A stretch of 64,000 nucleotides of DNA from Isurus oxyrinchus (lineage: Eukaryota), in NCBI GenBank assembly GCA_026770705.1, contig JANJGN010000071.1, positions 1,736,001-1,800,000 of the forward strand. Reading direction: 5' to 3'. Shown one piece after another: positions 36,252 through 47,561 of this stretch. A model generated the notes under the pieces. It made no database searches and was not told the origin of the DNA. It saw only the letters and a program-made list of their open reading frames with translations. The translations under genes and the position numbers were made by a program. Each line of letters begins with the position of its first letter. The stretch's first letter is position 1.

Positions 36252-37418
36252 GTAATATCATCGTCAGCTTGGACAGATTTATGGTAAAGGGTCTTTGTAA
36301 AGATCATTCTTATTGATCTCTGATTGGGAACCGATTCAGCAGTGAGCCAGTGTACAAACTCATACCAAGTCCCATTCACCCATCACCCCTGTGCTCACTG
36401 ATATACACTGACTCCCTGTCTGACAGCAGAATTGGAGAAGAATAGAGATCTCAGAGCGTTGTAGGAGCTGGAGACGGTTACACAATTAGGCAGGATTGTA
36501 GCAGCTAGAGCAGAATCTTAAACTTCAGGTGATGTCGGCTGTTGGTCAGTGATAGATGGGGAGTGATGGGTTGAGCAGAAAATCAGGGAAAGAACCTGGG
36601 GGATGAAATCTATCCAGGTGCTAGGATTCTGATAGCAATATCCTGAAATTTGTGTCTTTTGCTGATTTTGGTCAGAATTTCCCATGAAGACAACACAGCA
36701 GCTCCTAGAATAGACAGGCTGTTCAGTGTCACACTTCCTGTCCATTCACACCATGCCAGAAACTTTGATAAGGGAGCAAGATAACTGAAAGAGAGAAGGG
36801 AGGCAAAGCTGTCTGTGTATTCTGAGTTATCATGATTGTCTCTGATCTGCTGCAGAGTATAAATTTCACAGAATCTGAGCACTTTGCAGCTCAGAGAGAG
36901 ACCATTGACTCACTGCCTGAAAGGGCGGTGGAAGCAGATTCAACAGGAACTTTCAGAAGGGGAACTGGATAAATACTTGAAGGGAAATTTGCAGGGATGT
37001 GTGAAAGGTGCTGGAGAGGAATTGGGAAAGAGCCAGCACATGCACGATGGGTCAAATTAACTCCTCCTGTGTTGTATCATTCAACAATCAGAGAATTTTA
37101 GATCCTTATCAGCAAATCTTCAGAATCCTGCTGAATCATGGATATTTCAGAAGGACAGTTAACAAGAGGTTTCTGGTATCAGCGTTTCATATGGGACCCA
37201 GTTCAGTTTGAACAAATAAACAACGTCATCTTTGAAAGTCATGAACCCACCACAGTGGCACCTCCGACACATGCAGAGCTCAGGCTAGAGGCTCTTTGTT
37301 AGTGTGTTTCACAGTCTCTGCTGGAGTAGGGTCAGTGCTGAGCTTGGGGACAAGTCAGTCTACAATGCTGCATCGGAATCAACAATACAACAATATGGGG
37401 TTTGGATCAGAAATAATC

Positions 37419-37590
37419 CCTTAGACAATGAGGATCCAAAGAGATTCCTTAGACAATGAAGATCCAAAGAGATTCCTTAGACAATGAGGATCCAAAGAGA
37501 TTCCTTAGACAATGAGGATCCAAAGAGATTCCTTAGACAATGAAGATCCAAAGAGATTCCTTAGACAATGAGCATCCAAAGAGATTTCTT
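37419..37590. repeat. 28-bp VNTR (ccttagacaatgaggatccaaagagatt)n; paralogous arrays at 50001-50240 and 62611-62800
   Basis: 6-8 tandem units at the homologous position of the leader-V intron. Confidence 0.92.
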
Positions 37591-38199
37591 ATTCCATTGG
37601 TTGTCTAATTGTGGTCCATGATTTTCCAAGGGGTCCTTGGCAGAATCAAATTATCGAGCAAGAGAGAGAAAAACACTGGAGAGAACGGGAAAGGTGTGTT
37701 GGGTTCATGACTTTCAAAGATGGTGCTGTTTATTTGTTCAAACTGAACTGGGCCCCACACAAAACGCTGATACCAGAAACCTCTTGTTCCCTGTTCTTCT
37801 GAAATATCCGTGACTTCAGCAGGATTCTGAAGAGTTGCTGATGGAGGAACAGACACCCAATTTTTTTTTTGGTGAAGTTCAGTCAGGAACCAATAACGTT
37901 TTGTTTCAAGTAGACGTTGTTTGAGATTCAAGACACTTGCTAAGAGAATAAGGCGACAAGATTCCATTTTTGCACAGACACCCTGGGGTCTGCCCTCGGC
38001 CCCCCCCCAAAAATGACAAAAGCAGCAAATTGTGCTGCGAGCCCCCCGCACACGTGTGAACCTCCCGAGGTCTGTGAGGACTCGGCGTTCCGGCTCTCTG
38101 CTCACGATGCACGAGGTCGGTCTGGATCTCAGGCCAAGGTGGGATGGAGGAACACAGGGAGAACGGATACAGATACATCATTCACCAAAAGTTACACCA

Positions 38200-38850
38200 C
38201 ACATTAACCAGGTCAGAAAAATAGCAGTCCAAACGCTAGACTTTATTCCGAAAGGGAGTGAATTGAAAAGCAGGGAAGTGATGGAAAACCTGTATTGAAC
38301 CTTGGTCAGTCTACATTGACCGTGCTGCCTGCAGTTCTGGTCACCGTGTTATAAAAAGGATATAGAGACACTGGAGAGGGCGCAGAGAAGATTGACAATG
38401 ATGATCCCAGAAATGTGGGGGTAAACATATGAGGACAGGACTGACGGGCTGGGTCTCTCTTCCCTAGAAGAGACAAGGCTGAGGGGATGACCTAATCCAG
38501 GTGTTTAAAACTGAGAAAGGTTTTGATGGAGTGGATACAGAGAGAGTGTTTCCTCTTGTTGGGAGAGGAGACGAGAACTAGGGGCCCTCAATATGAGATC
38601 ATCACTGATAAACCCAATGGGGAATTCCGGAGAAACGTCTTTACCCAGAGAGTGGGGAGAATGTGGAACTCGCTCCCACAGGGAGTGGCTGGGGTGAATA
38701 GTATTGATGTATTTAAGACGGAACCTGGATTAACACATGAGGGAGAAAGGAACATAGGGGTATGATGGTAGGTTTAGAGGAAAGTTTTTAGTTGACTGGG
38801 TAGACAGAGAATATTTCCCCTTGCGGGCAGGAGAATAACTAGAGGCCGAG
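38200..38850 (+). mobile_element. CR1 LINE 3' fragments
   Basis: SELKSREVMENLY, RTRG, FTQRVGRMWNSLP. Confidence 0.8.
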
Positions 38851-39310
38851 TGATTGGTGATTCCTTAAACATTGAAGAGAGAATGAACACCAATCAGATT
38901 GAATCAGATTAGCCAATCAGCTGTGTTGAAGAGCAGACAGGAATGTTAGGCTAATTAGTGATTCATGATGGTGATAATGGGGGGAGTTCTGAGGGCTCCT
39001 AATCCATTGTCCTGTCTTGTAAATCAGCACTGAATGGATCTCAATAGGTGTGCCTTGTAGACACTGTGTTGGGAGGAAGACTGGCTTCACTAAACAGGTT
39101 CCTGAGGACCATGAGCCAATGTAGAATGAACTTGTCCACTCCTGTGTCCAGGATTCACTTCCATCCATTGTGAAACCTTGGGGAGTTCCTTGTGTGTCCT
39201 GTAGATGGTCCACACTGCAGCCACTGTGCCCCAGTGATGGAGGGGGTGGATATCGAGTCTAGTGGATCTACAAACCTTCCAGAGTTAAATATTGATATTT
39301 CTCTCCCCAG

Positions 39311-39679
39311 TTGGACTGTCACAAGAGTGGAAAGGTGACACTCCACGAGAGGTGTCAGCGCAGCAATGCTCGTGTGTACAGATTCCATGTCATTACAGTT
39401 ATCCAGCAAAATTTGAAAACCAACCGCGAGGTGCACTCTGGTTTAATAATGAGAAACAGATTCCCTGGGCTCCCATTGCCTTTCACTCCAAGGATCACAG
39501 TCATGAGTTACCACGGTTCCACCATCGGACCCGGCTGTCTGGAGACCTGAAAGATGGCGACTGTTCCCTGATTATAAACAACATCAGACGGGAAGATGCA
39601 GGACCTTATTTTTTCAGAATAGAATTTGACAATGGTCCGAGCCATAACTATTACCCTGTAACCCAGCTTCACGTTTCTG
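39311..39679 (+). CDS. Gene C Siglec V-set exon with the essential F-strand Arg
   Basis: ccccag|TT...CTG|gtaagt. EW...SCVQIPC...W...RTRLSGDLKDGDCSLII...EDAGPYFFRIE; Siglec-type Cys pattern. Confidence 0.93.
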
Positions 39680-40078
39680 GTAAGTGCTGTGTTATAATTA
39701 CTCAACAATTCACATTCAACACTCAATGGGAAATAACACAAACTGTGACATTTACATATTAACACAAAACACAGCTTATTATAACACACTGTCTGATTCT
39801 CAATAACCTCGTGATAGCTTCCAGATCAGTCCTAAAGCAACCTCTAATACTCACTTTAATATCAATGATGAAATGCATTGACTGTGTCCATCAATGTTAT
39901 CAGGTTATCCACTCTCATCGATCTCTCTAATCAGTTTAAAAGTCTTTCCTGATCATTGTAACCTCTCAGTTCTGACATCATCCTTGTAAAAGTGCTTTCT
40001 CTTGTGGGACTGTGGTTTCTATTTGAACTGATGCTTCACGTTATATTTCTCTAAAAGGATCCATTCTCTTTCTGTTAG

Positions 40079-40375
40079 ATTTCACAGATAAACCCACAAT
40101 ATTCCCTGCTGAAATTATTGCAGGAAAGCATGTGGATGTAAGCTGCACCTTCAACACAACGTGCAATGGAACAGCAGCACCTGTCTTAACCTGGGACACT
40201 CCCACTGACGTACCTGGATCTGTCTCAAACACTGTAACTCAGCATGGTGTCACTCTGACCTATACTTCTGTTCTGACCCTGACCCCGTCACTCAAACACC
40301 ACGGACACACTCTCAGCTGCAGAGTGAGATATCCATCTGTTTCATCGGAGCAGACCCTCATACTAACTGTGCAAG
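40079..40375 (+). CDS. Gene C C2 domain 2 exon
   Basis: KPTIF...SCTFNTTC...P.LTW...SVLTLTPSLKHHGHTLSCRVRYP...LTVQ; carries the extra Cys for the V-C2 interdomain bond; phase 1-1. Confidence 0.93.
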
Positions 40376-40389
40376 GTAAGTATGGACAT

Positions 40390-41810
40390 CCAGTGTCTGG
40401 TGAGATAGTTGATACATTGGTTTTCATCTTCCAAAACTCCCTAGATTGAGGGAAGGTCCCATTAGATTGGAAGATAGGAAATGTAGCTCCATTATTCAAA
40501 AAGAGAGGGAGACAGAAATTGGGCAACTATAGGTTTAACATCTGTCATAGGGAAATTGTTAGGAGCTATTATTAAAGACGTTATAGCAGGGCACTCCAAT
40601 AAGCTCAATGTCATCAGGCATAGTCAACATTGTTTTGTGACAGGGCAATTGCATTTAGCCAACTTATTGGATTTCTTTGAGGAAGTAACATGTGAATAAA
40701 GGGGAACTGGTGGATGTACTGTACCTATACATCCAGGAGGCATTGGATAAAGTGCCACATCACAGGTTATTGTGGATAATAAAAGCTCATTATGTAGAGG
40801 CTAACATTTCGGCATGGTTAGAAGATTGGCTAGCTAGCAGGAAGCAGCGAGTAGGCATAAATGGGTCTTTTTCAGGTTGGCAGAATGTGAGGATTGATGT
40901 GCCACAGGGGTCAGTGCTGGGACCACAACAGTTATCAATTTCTGTAAATCATTTTGATGAAGGGATTGTTGGGATGGTAACTAAATTTGCTGATGATACA
41001 GGGATATGAAATGGTCCATTTTGACAGGAGAAATGAAAGAGAAGCATGTTATCTAAGTGGTGAGAGATTGCATTGTTCTGAAGTGCAGAGGGATCTGGGT
41101 GTTCCAGTGCATGAATCATAAAAGGCCAATATCCAGGTTCAGCAAATAACTAGGAAAGCTAATAAAACGTTATCATTGATTGTGAGGGGGAATTGAATAC
41201 AAAAGTAGGGAGGCTACACTTCAGTTGTACAGGGAACTGCTGAGACCACATTAGGAGTACTGTGTACAGTATTGGTCTCCTTATTTAAGGAAGGATGTAA
41301 ATGCGTCGGAAGCAGTTCAGAGAAGGTTGACCAGACCAATACCTGGAATGGGTGGGTTTGTCTGATGAGGAAAGGCTGGACAGACTAGGATTGGATCAGC
41401 TGGAGTTGAGAAGAGTAAGAGGCGACTTGATTGAAACATGTAAGATCCTGAGGGGTCTTGACAGGGTGGGTGTGGAGAGGGAGTTTCCTCTTATGGAAGA
41501 ATCTAGAACTCGGGGTGACTGATTAAAAGTAACGGGACGTACATTTAAGAGAGAGATGAGATGAAATTTTTTTCTATCAGGGTTTGTGAGTCTTTGGAAC
41601 TCTCTTCCTGAAATGATGGGAGAAACAGGGTCTTTAGATATTTTTAAAGCAGAGCAGCACAGATCCTTGGTCAGCAAGGGGGTGAGAGGTGATCGGGGGT
41701 GGATGGGATGCAGATTTCAGGTTAATATCAGATCAGCCAAGATCTTATTAAATGATGGACCAGCCTCAAGGGGCTGAATGGCCTACTCCTGCTCCTTGTT
41801 TACCTATTCT
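40390..41810 (+). mobile_element. Degenerate CR1 LINE (RT to 3' end)
   Basis: IFQNSLD, VPQGSVLGP, KFADDT, CR1-type tail ggctgaatggcctactcctgctcc. Confidence 0.9.
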
Positions 41811-41899
41811 ACATCAGCTGTGATAGTCCTGACTTTGCACAGCAAGATCCCACAAACTGCACTCTGTTTAGCAACAGATCACCTATCTGATAAAAATTC

Positions 41900-42950
41900 A
41901 CCTCTGACAGTGCAGCACTCTCTCAGAACTGACACTCCAACAGTTCAGCACCACCTCTCCACTGACCCTCTGACAATGTAGCGCTCCCTCAGTACTGACA
42001 CTCCAAAAGTTCAGCACCATCTCTCTACTGACCCTCTGACAATGCATCACTCCCTCAGTACTGACCACCTGACAGTGCAGTGCTCCCGCAGCACTGACCC
42101 ACCGACAATGCTGCAATCCCTAGGTACTGACCCTCCGACAGTGCAGCACTCCCTCAGTACTGAGAGTCAGTACTGCGGGAGTGCTGCACTGTCGGACGGT
42201 CAGTACTGAGGGAGTGCTGCACTGTCAGAGGGCAGTACTGAGAGAGTGCCACACTGTCAGAGTGTCAGTACTGAGGGAGTGCTGCACTGTCAGAGGGTCA
42301 GTACTGAGGGAGTGCTGCACTTCGGAGGGTGAATACTGAGGGAGTGCTGCACTGTCAGAGGGTCATTACTGAGGGATTGCTGCAATGTCAGAGGGTCATT
42401 ACTGAGGGAGTGCTGCACTGTCGGAGGGTCAGTATTGAGGGAGTGCTGCACTGTCGGAGGGTGAATACTGAGGGAGTGCTGCACTGTCGGAGGGTGAATA
42501 CTGAGGGAGTGCTGCACTGTCATCGGGTCAGTACTGAGGGAGTGCTGAACTTTCAGAGGGTCAGTACTGAGGGGGTGCTGCACTGTTGGAGGGTGAGTAC
42601 TGAGGTGGTGCTGCACCATTGGGGGTTCAGTACTGACGGAGTGCTGCACTGTCACCGGGTCAGTACTGAGGGAGTGCTGCACTGTCAGAGGGTCAGTACT
42701 GAGGGCTGCTGCACTGTCAGAGGGTCAGTACTGAGGGAGTGCTACACTGTCAGATGGTGAGTACTGAGGGAGTGCTGCACTATCAGAGGGTCAGTACTGA
42801 TGGAGTGCTGCACTGTCAGAGGGTCAGTACTGATGGAGTGCTGTACTGTCGGAGGGTCAGTACTGAGGGAGTGCTGCACCGTTGGGGGGTCAGTATTGAG
42901 GGAGTGCTGCACCGTTGGGGGGTCATTGCCGAGTGAGTGCTGCTCTGTCA
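41900..42950. repeat. 33-bp minisatellite, two arrays in opposite orientation (switch at ~42160)
   Basis: cagcactccctcagtactg units up to 42162, then cagtactgagggagtgctg units. Confidence 0.92.
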
Positions 42951-43569
42951 GAATTATCACTTGTATCAAAATGTTTTTAACTTTACTGTTGTTCCCACTT
43001 CAGCTGCAACTGCTCCACATCCCCATGTGTTAACTGGAGCATGTCAGCCTGGAGTTACGTGGAATTGCAGAGCAGAATCTGCTCTCACACATTGAAGCTG
43101 GCAATCGCTAAGTGTCCCTCAGTGATGATGTTTTCTGATGGAATGAAACTTGGCAAAGCCGTGGGTAGTGACAAGGAGAGATTGGGCATGAGAGGGGCAG
43201 GATCAGTGTGAGGTGGGCAGACACATGGCTGATGCAGTTCAGCGCAGTGTCGTGTGAAGTGACGCACTTTGTCAGGATGAATACAGACAGATATTGGACA
43301 GTAATGATTTGGACAGGTGTAGGTGAGCAGAGACCTGGGCGTCTCTCTGCACTCATTCTGAAAGATTAAAGGACAACTTGTTGAGGTGATGAAGAAAGAA
43401 AATGTCTTCCTTGTGTTAACAGACTGAGGAACTGAGTTAAAAGCAAAGAGATCATGCGGGAACTTTATAAATCACTGGTTAGAACTCAGCTGGAATGTTG
43501 TTCAGAACGCTGGGCCTCCACACTTCAGGAAAGATGTAAGAGCTTCAGACAGGGTGTCCAAGAGGACAA

Positions 43570-43800
43570 AACAGTAAAAACTGGGACATAAGAGTCCTGC
43601 TCCAAACTGGTCTTGTATAGCTTAACGTATAACACCAGTAAAACTGGGAAATAAGAGTCCTGGTCCAAACTGGTCTTGTATAGCTTAATATAGAACACCA
43701 GTAAAACTGGGAAATAAGAGTCCTGGTCCAAACTGGTCTTGCATAGCTTAATATAGAACACCAGTAAAACTGCGAGATAAGAGTACTGATCTGAACTGAT
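43570..43800. repeat. ~63-bp tandem repeat (aaactgggaaataagagtcctggtccaaactggtcttgtatagcttaatatagaacaccagta), ~3.5 copies, inside CR1 remnants; related sequence at ~21450-21555
   Basis: Direct reading of tandem units. Confidence 0.8.
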
Positions 43801-43809
43801 TTTTTGCTT

Positions 43810-44290
43810 CTGGGTGGAGAAGAGATTGAGCAGAAGGGGTCCAGGGATGAAGGATTTTAGCTACAAGGTTGGGTTGGAGAAGCTGGGGTTGTTCTCCTTG
43901 GAACAAAGGAGATTGAGGGGGGATCTGATCGAGGTGTACAAGATGATGATGGGTTTAGATACGGTAGACAAAGAGAAGCTATTGCCATTAGCTGATGGTA
44001 CAAGGACTGGGGGACACAGATTGAAGGTTTTGTGCAGAGGGAGTGATGTGAGGAGGAACTTTTTTATAGAGTGAGTGGTAATGAGCTGGAACTCGCTGCC
44101 TACGAGGATGGTGGAAGTGTAGACGATGAACGATTTCAAAAGGAAATTGGACGGACACTTGGAAATAAACTTGCAGGGATACGAGGACAGAGCGGGGGGA
44201 ATGGGACTGAGTGGATTGCTCTACAGAGAAACAGCATGAACTGAATGGGCCAATGGCCTCCTTCTGTGTTCTGAGTGTCTGTGACCCTAT
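43810..44290 (+). mobile_element. CR1 LINE 3' fragment
   Basis: LEKLGLFSLEQRRLRGDLIEVYKMM. Confidence 0.88.
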
Positions 44291-44359
44291 TGAAAAATCA
44301 GAGGACAAATCCAAATTGTTTTCTGCTTGTCAGTTAACATCTGGAACTTTCTATTCCAG

Positions 44360-44647
44360 ATGCTCCAGATAAGCCAGTTATTGTGCTCCTGAAGGATTTA
44401 CAGGAGGGGACTCCTGCACATATCATCTGTAAATGCCTCTACACCTGCCCTGATAACCACCCCAATCTAACCTGGAGTGAATTGCTGACTTCCTCGGTCA
44501 GCACCATCACAGAGAACGGTGGTGATGTTTCCGCTCTACTGACCTTTAACCCTTCGTTCAAGCATCATGGACGAACTCTCTGCTGTACGTGTGACTACTC
44601 TCAAACCAGCCATCGAGTGGTCAACTCAGTTACTCTGAGTGTAAAGT
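44360..44647 (+). CDS. Gene C C2 domain 3 exon (domain-2-like, Cys-rich)
   Basis: ttccag|AT...AAGT|gtaagt. APDKPVI...ICKCLYTCP...PNLTW...LTFNPSFKHHGRTLCCTC...LSVK. Confidence 0.9.
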
Positions 44648-45155
44648 GTAAGTATTGGTTAGAACATCCTGCTTGTGATGGAGGGGGAGTCAGTCTCCTA
44701 CTAAATCAGGCATTGGAGAAGGTGCAAGTGGGATTGACAAGGATGATTCCAGAACTGAGAGGTTATAACTATCAGGAAAGACTGAACAAGCTGGGCTTCT
44801 TTTCTCTAGAAAAGAGAAGGCTGAGGGGGTGACCTGATCGAGGTCCTTAAAATAGTGAAAGGGTTTCGATAGGGTAGATGTGGAGAAGATGTCTCCACTT
44901 GTCGGAGTGAAGAAGAGTTAGGGGCCATCAATATAAGATCATCACTAATAAAATGGTGCACACTGCTAACAATGTGCGTTCATGGTGGAGGGAGTGAATG
45001 TTGAAGATGGTGGGTGGGATGCCAATCAATCGGGCTGCGTTGTCCTGGATGGTGTCGAGCTTCTTGAGTGTTGTTGGAGCCGCACTCATCCCGGCAACTG
45101 GAGAGAATTCCATCACACTCAGTGTTTAATGTGTTGATAATTTTGTATTTGAAAG

Positions 45156-45413
45156 ATTCTCCTCACAACACGTCTGTCAGGCTGACACTGGAAAAAGGAA
45201 AGGTGATTTCTCTAAGTTGTTCCAGTGACGAGAATCCTGCGGTCCACAATTTCACCTGGTTTAAGATATCCCAAGGAAAGGTGACGAATCTGGCGCTCGC
45301 TGGTCAAACTATTACAGTTCCTTCTGGATTCGATGAGGAAATCTCCTACTACTGTGAAGCAACAAGTATCCTGGGCAGTTCCCAGTCTCTGCCCATTAGA
45401 ATTCCCACTGAAT
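45156..45413 (+). CDS. Gene C C2 domain 4 exon
   Basis: SPHNTSV...LSCSSDENPAVHNFTWFK...YYCEATSILGS...; phase 1-1. Confidence 0.88.
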
Positions 45414-45918
45414 GTGAGTAATTTCAATCCTGACTTTTAAACAATTCCACATCTTGTCCAAACTCCGAGGTGAACCAAATCTCCCCTTGGGTGTTGCTGA
45501 AAACATGCTGTCGAAGGTTTCAGTCTCGTCAGGACAGAGTCACGAGAAAACCCAATCTCAAAGGGAACAGCCATTTCTGATGCGGGGGAAGAGGGCGTGC
45601 TGATTGGCTGGCAAGTCGACATTTCTCCACAGTTTGTTCACAATTCTCAGTGATGGTCACCATGAAACTACCAGATTGTTGTAAAAACCCTTCAGTACTG
45701 TCCCTCCAACAGTGCAGATCTCCCTCGCTACTGACTCTCTAATAGTGTAGCACCCTCTCAGTACTGACCTTCTGACATTGCAGGACTCCCTCAGGACTGA
45801 ACTGAAGTGTCTGCCTGAATTAAGTTCTTTGTGGTGAAGGAACCTACATTGATATCACACCTTTCACATTCTCAGGGTCTCTCAAAGTGTTTCACAGTCA
45901 ATGTAAGTAACTGATCAG

Positions 45919-46200
45919 ACACACCACAGAATCTCTCAATTAATTCTCTTGATATAATTAACGCTTCATCGATCAATATAATTGAGGGGAATTCTGCAGT
46001 GATAATCTGCTCTGTCGAGAGCTTCCCAGCTTCTAACCTGACGTGGCGACATCTTAATGTCCCAATGAACAGAACAAGTTCCAACAATGAGCTGTGGTTG
46101 GTGATTCCTCACGTTACATCCAGGGACACGGGACACTATCAGTGTGCGGCAGAGAAGGAACATGGAGCAGTGGAGGGATTTATAACCATCTCTGTGGAAC
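45919..46200 (+). CDS. Gene C membrane-proximal C2 exon, near-identical to the gene A repeats
   Basis: 282 nt, frame open, donor gtgagt; acceptor atypical (gtaagtaactgatcag, poor pyrimidine tract). Confidence 0.8.
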
Positions 46201-46234
46201 GTGAGTTACACAGAATTGAACGTTCTTGTGTTAT

Positions 46235-47275
46235 TAGCTCATGGGATGTGGGCATTGTTGACAAGACCAGAAATTATTGCCCATCTGTAACTGCCCCTTG
46301 AGAAGGTGGTGGTGAGCTGCCTTCTTTAACCACTGCAGTCCATGTGGTGTAGGCACACCCACAGTGCTGTTTGGGAGGGAGTTCCAGGATTTTGTCCCAG
46401 TGATGGTGAAGGAACGGCCGATATAGTTCCAAGTCACAGGGCAGACCACCACCTCAAGTTCACCTCCAAATCACACACCTCACTGACTTGGAACTGTCTT
46501 GGTGGAAGAGGTTAAGAGTTTGGAAGGTGCTGTCGAAGGAGCCTTGGTGAGTTGCTGCAGTGCATCTTGTAGATGGTGCACACTGCTGCCATTGTGTGCC
46601 AGTGGTGGAGGATATGAATGTTTATGCTGGTGGATGGGCTGTCGATCAAACAAGCTGCTCCTGGATGGTGTTGAGGTTCTTGAGTGTTGTTGGAGCTGCA
46701 CTCATCCAGCCAAGTGGAGATTATTCCATCACACTCCTGACTTGTGCCTTGTCGATGGTGGACAGGCTTTGGGTGGTCAGGAGTTGAATTACTCACCACA
46801 GAGTTCCCAGCCTCTGACCCGCTCTTGTAGCCACATTATTTCCTGTTGCTGGGTTGTTGCCAGGGCCAATAGCCTTTGCTGTATCCAGTATCATCAGCTG
46901 ATTCCTGATGTCACGTGGAGTCAATCGAATTGTCTGAAAGCTGACATCTGTGATGCTGGGACCCTCTCGAGGAGGCCGAGATGGAGCATCCACTCAGCAC
47001 TTCTGGCTGAACATGGTTGCCAATGCTTCAGCCTTGTCGTTTGCACTGATGTGCTGAGCTCCCCCATCATTAAGGATGGGGATATTTGTGGAGCATCCTC
47101 CTCCTGTTAGATCTTTAATTGTCCATCACCATTCATGACTGGATGTGGCAGGACTGCAGAGCTTAGATCTGACCCGTTGGTTGTGGGATCGCTTTGCTCT
47201 GTCTATAGCATGTTGTTTCCGCTGTTTGGCGTGTATGTAGTCCTGTGTGTCACCTCAGCAGCTTGGCACCTCTGT
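46235..47275 (-). mobile_element. LINE fragments (same family as 8630-10706), reverse orientation
   Basis: ATRAGQRLG and AAVCTIYKMHCSNSPRLLRQHLPN on the minus strand; reverse tail. Confidence 0.8.
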
Positions 47276-47464
47276 TATATGTGAATCCTCCTTATAGAAA
47301 CCTGCATGTACATGGATATTATCAATAAATATTACATAGATAAATGTTATTTGTATAAATCTTTCATGCATAGACAATATCACTTCACAAGTTCAGAATT
47401 ACTACATGTACATAGGGAACCATTTTCAAACTGTACCGGAGTCATTCATTGGCTGATTTTACAG

Positions 47465-47561
47465 GGCGAGATTCCAATGAATGGAAAGCAGGATTGCTTG
47501 GAGCTGGAATCTGTTTGAGTGTTGGACTGAGTGGATTCTTCATTTTCAAGTGTGTGAGAAA
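47465..47561 (+). CDS. Gene C transmembrane exon (RDSNEWKAGLLGAGICLSVGLSGFFIFKCVRK)
   Basis: ttttacag|GG...AA|gtaagt; same 97-nt length and phases as the gene A TM exon. Confidence 0.88.

Larger units (their letters stand above)
31490..36990 (+). repeat. Tandem triplication of a ~1.76-kb promoter + 5'UTR exon + leader-exon cassette
   Basis: Leader ATGs at 32686, 34445 and 36212 (periods 1759 and 1767); units highly similar throughout. Confidence 0.92.

Noticed and set aside
37419-37590. 28-bp and 33-bp repeats as a CRISPR-like array
   Set aside because: Head-to-tail tandem units with no unique spacers, in a vertebrate context
32100-39800. Rearranging antigen-receptor locus (leader and V segments with RSS)
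   Set aside because: V exons are complete through the G strand and end in splice donors; scattered CACAGTG heptamers lack a matching nonamer at 12 or 23 bp; the Cys pattern is Siglec-type
39311-47561. Assigning a gene symbol (MAG, CD22, SIGLEC1)
   Set aside because: Gene C's V+4C2 layout is MAG-like, but the sequence is too divergent and multi-copy; orthology needs a phylogeny
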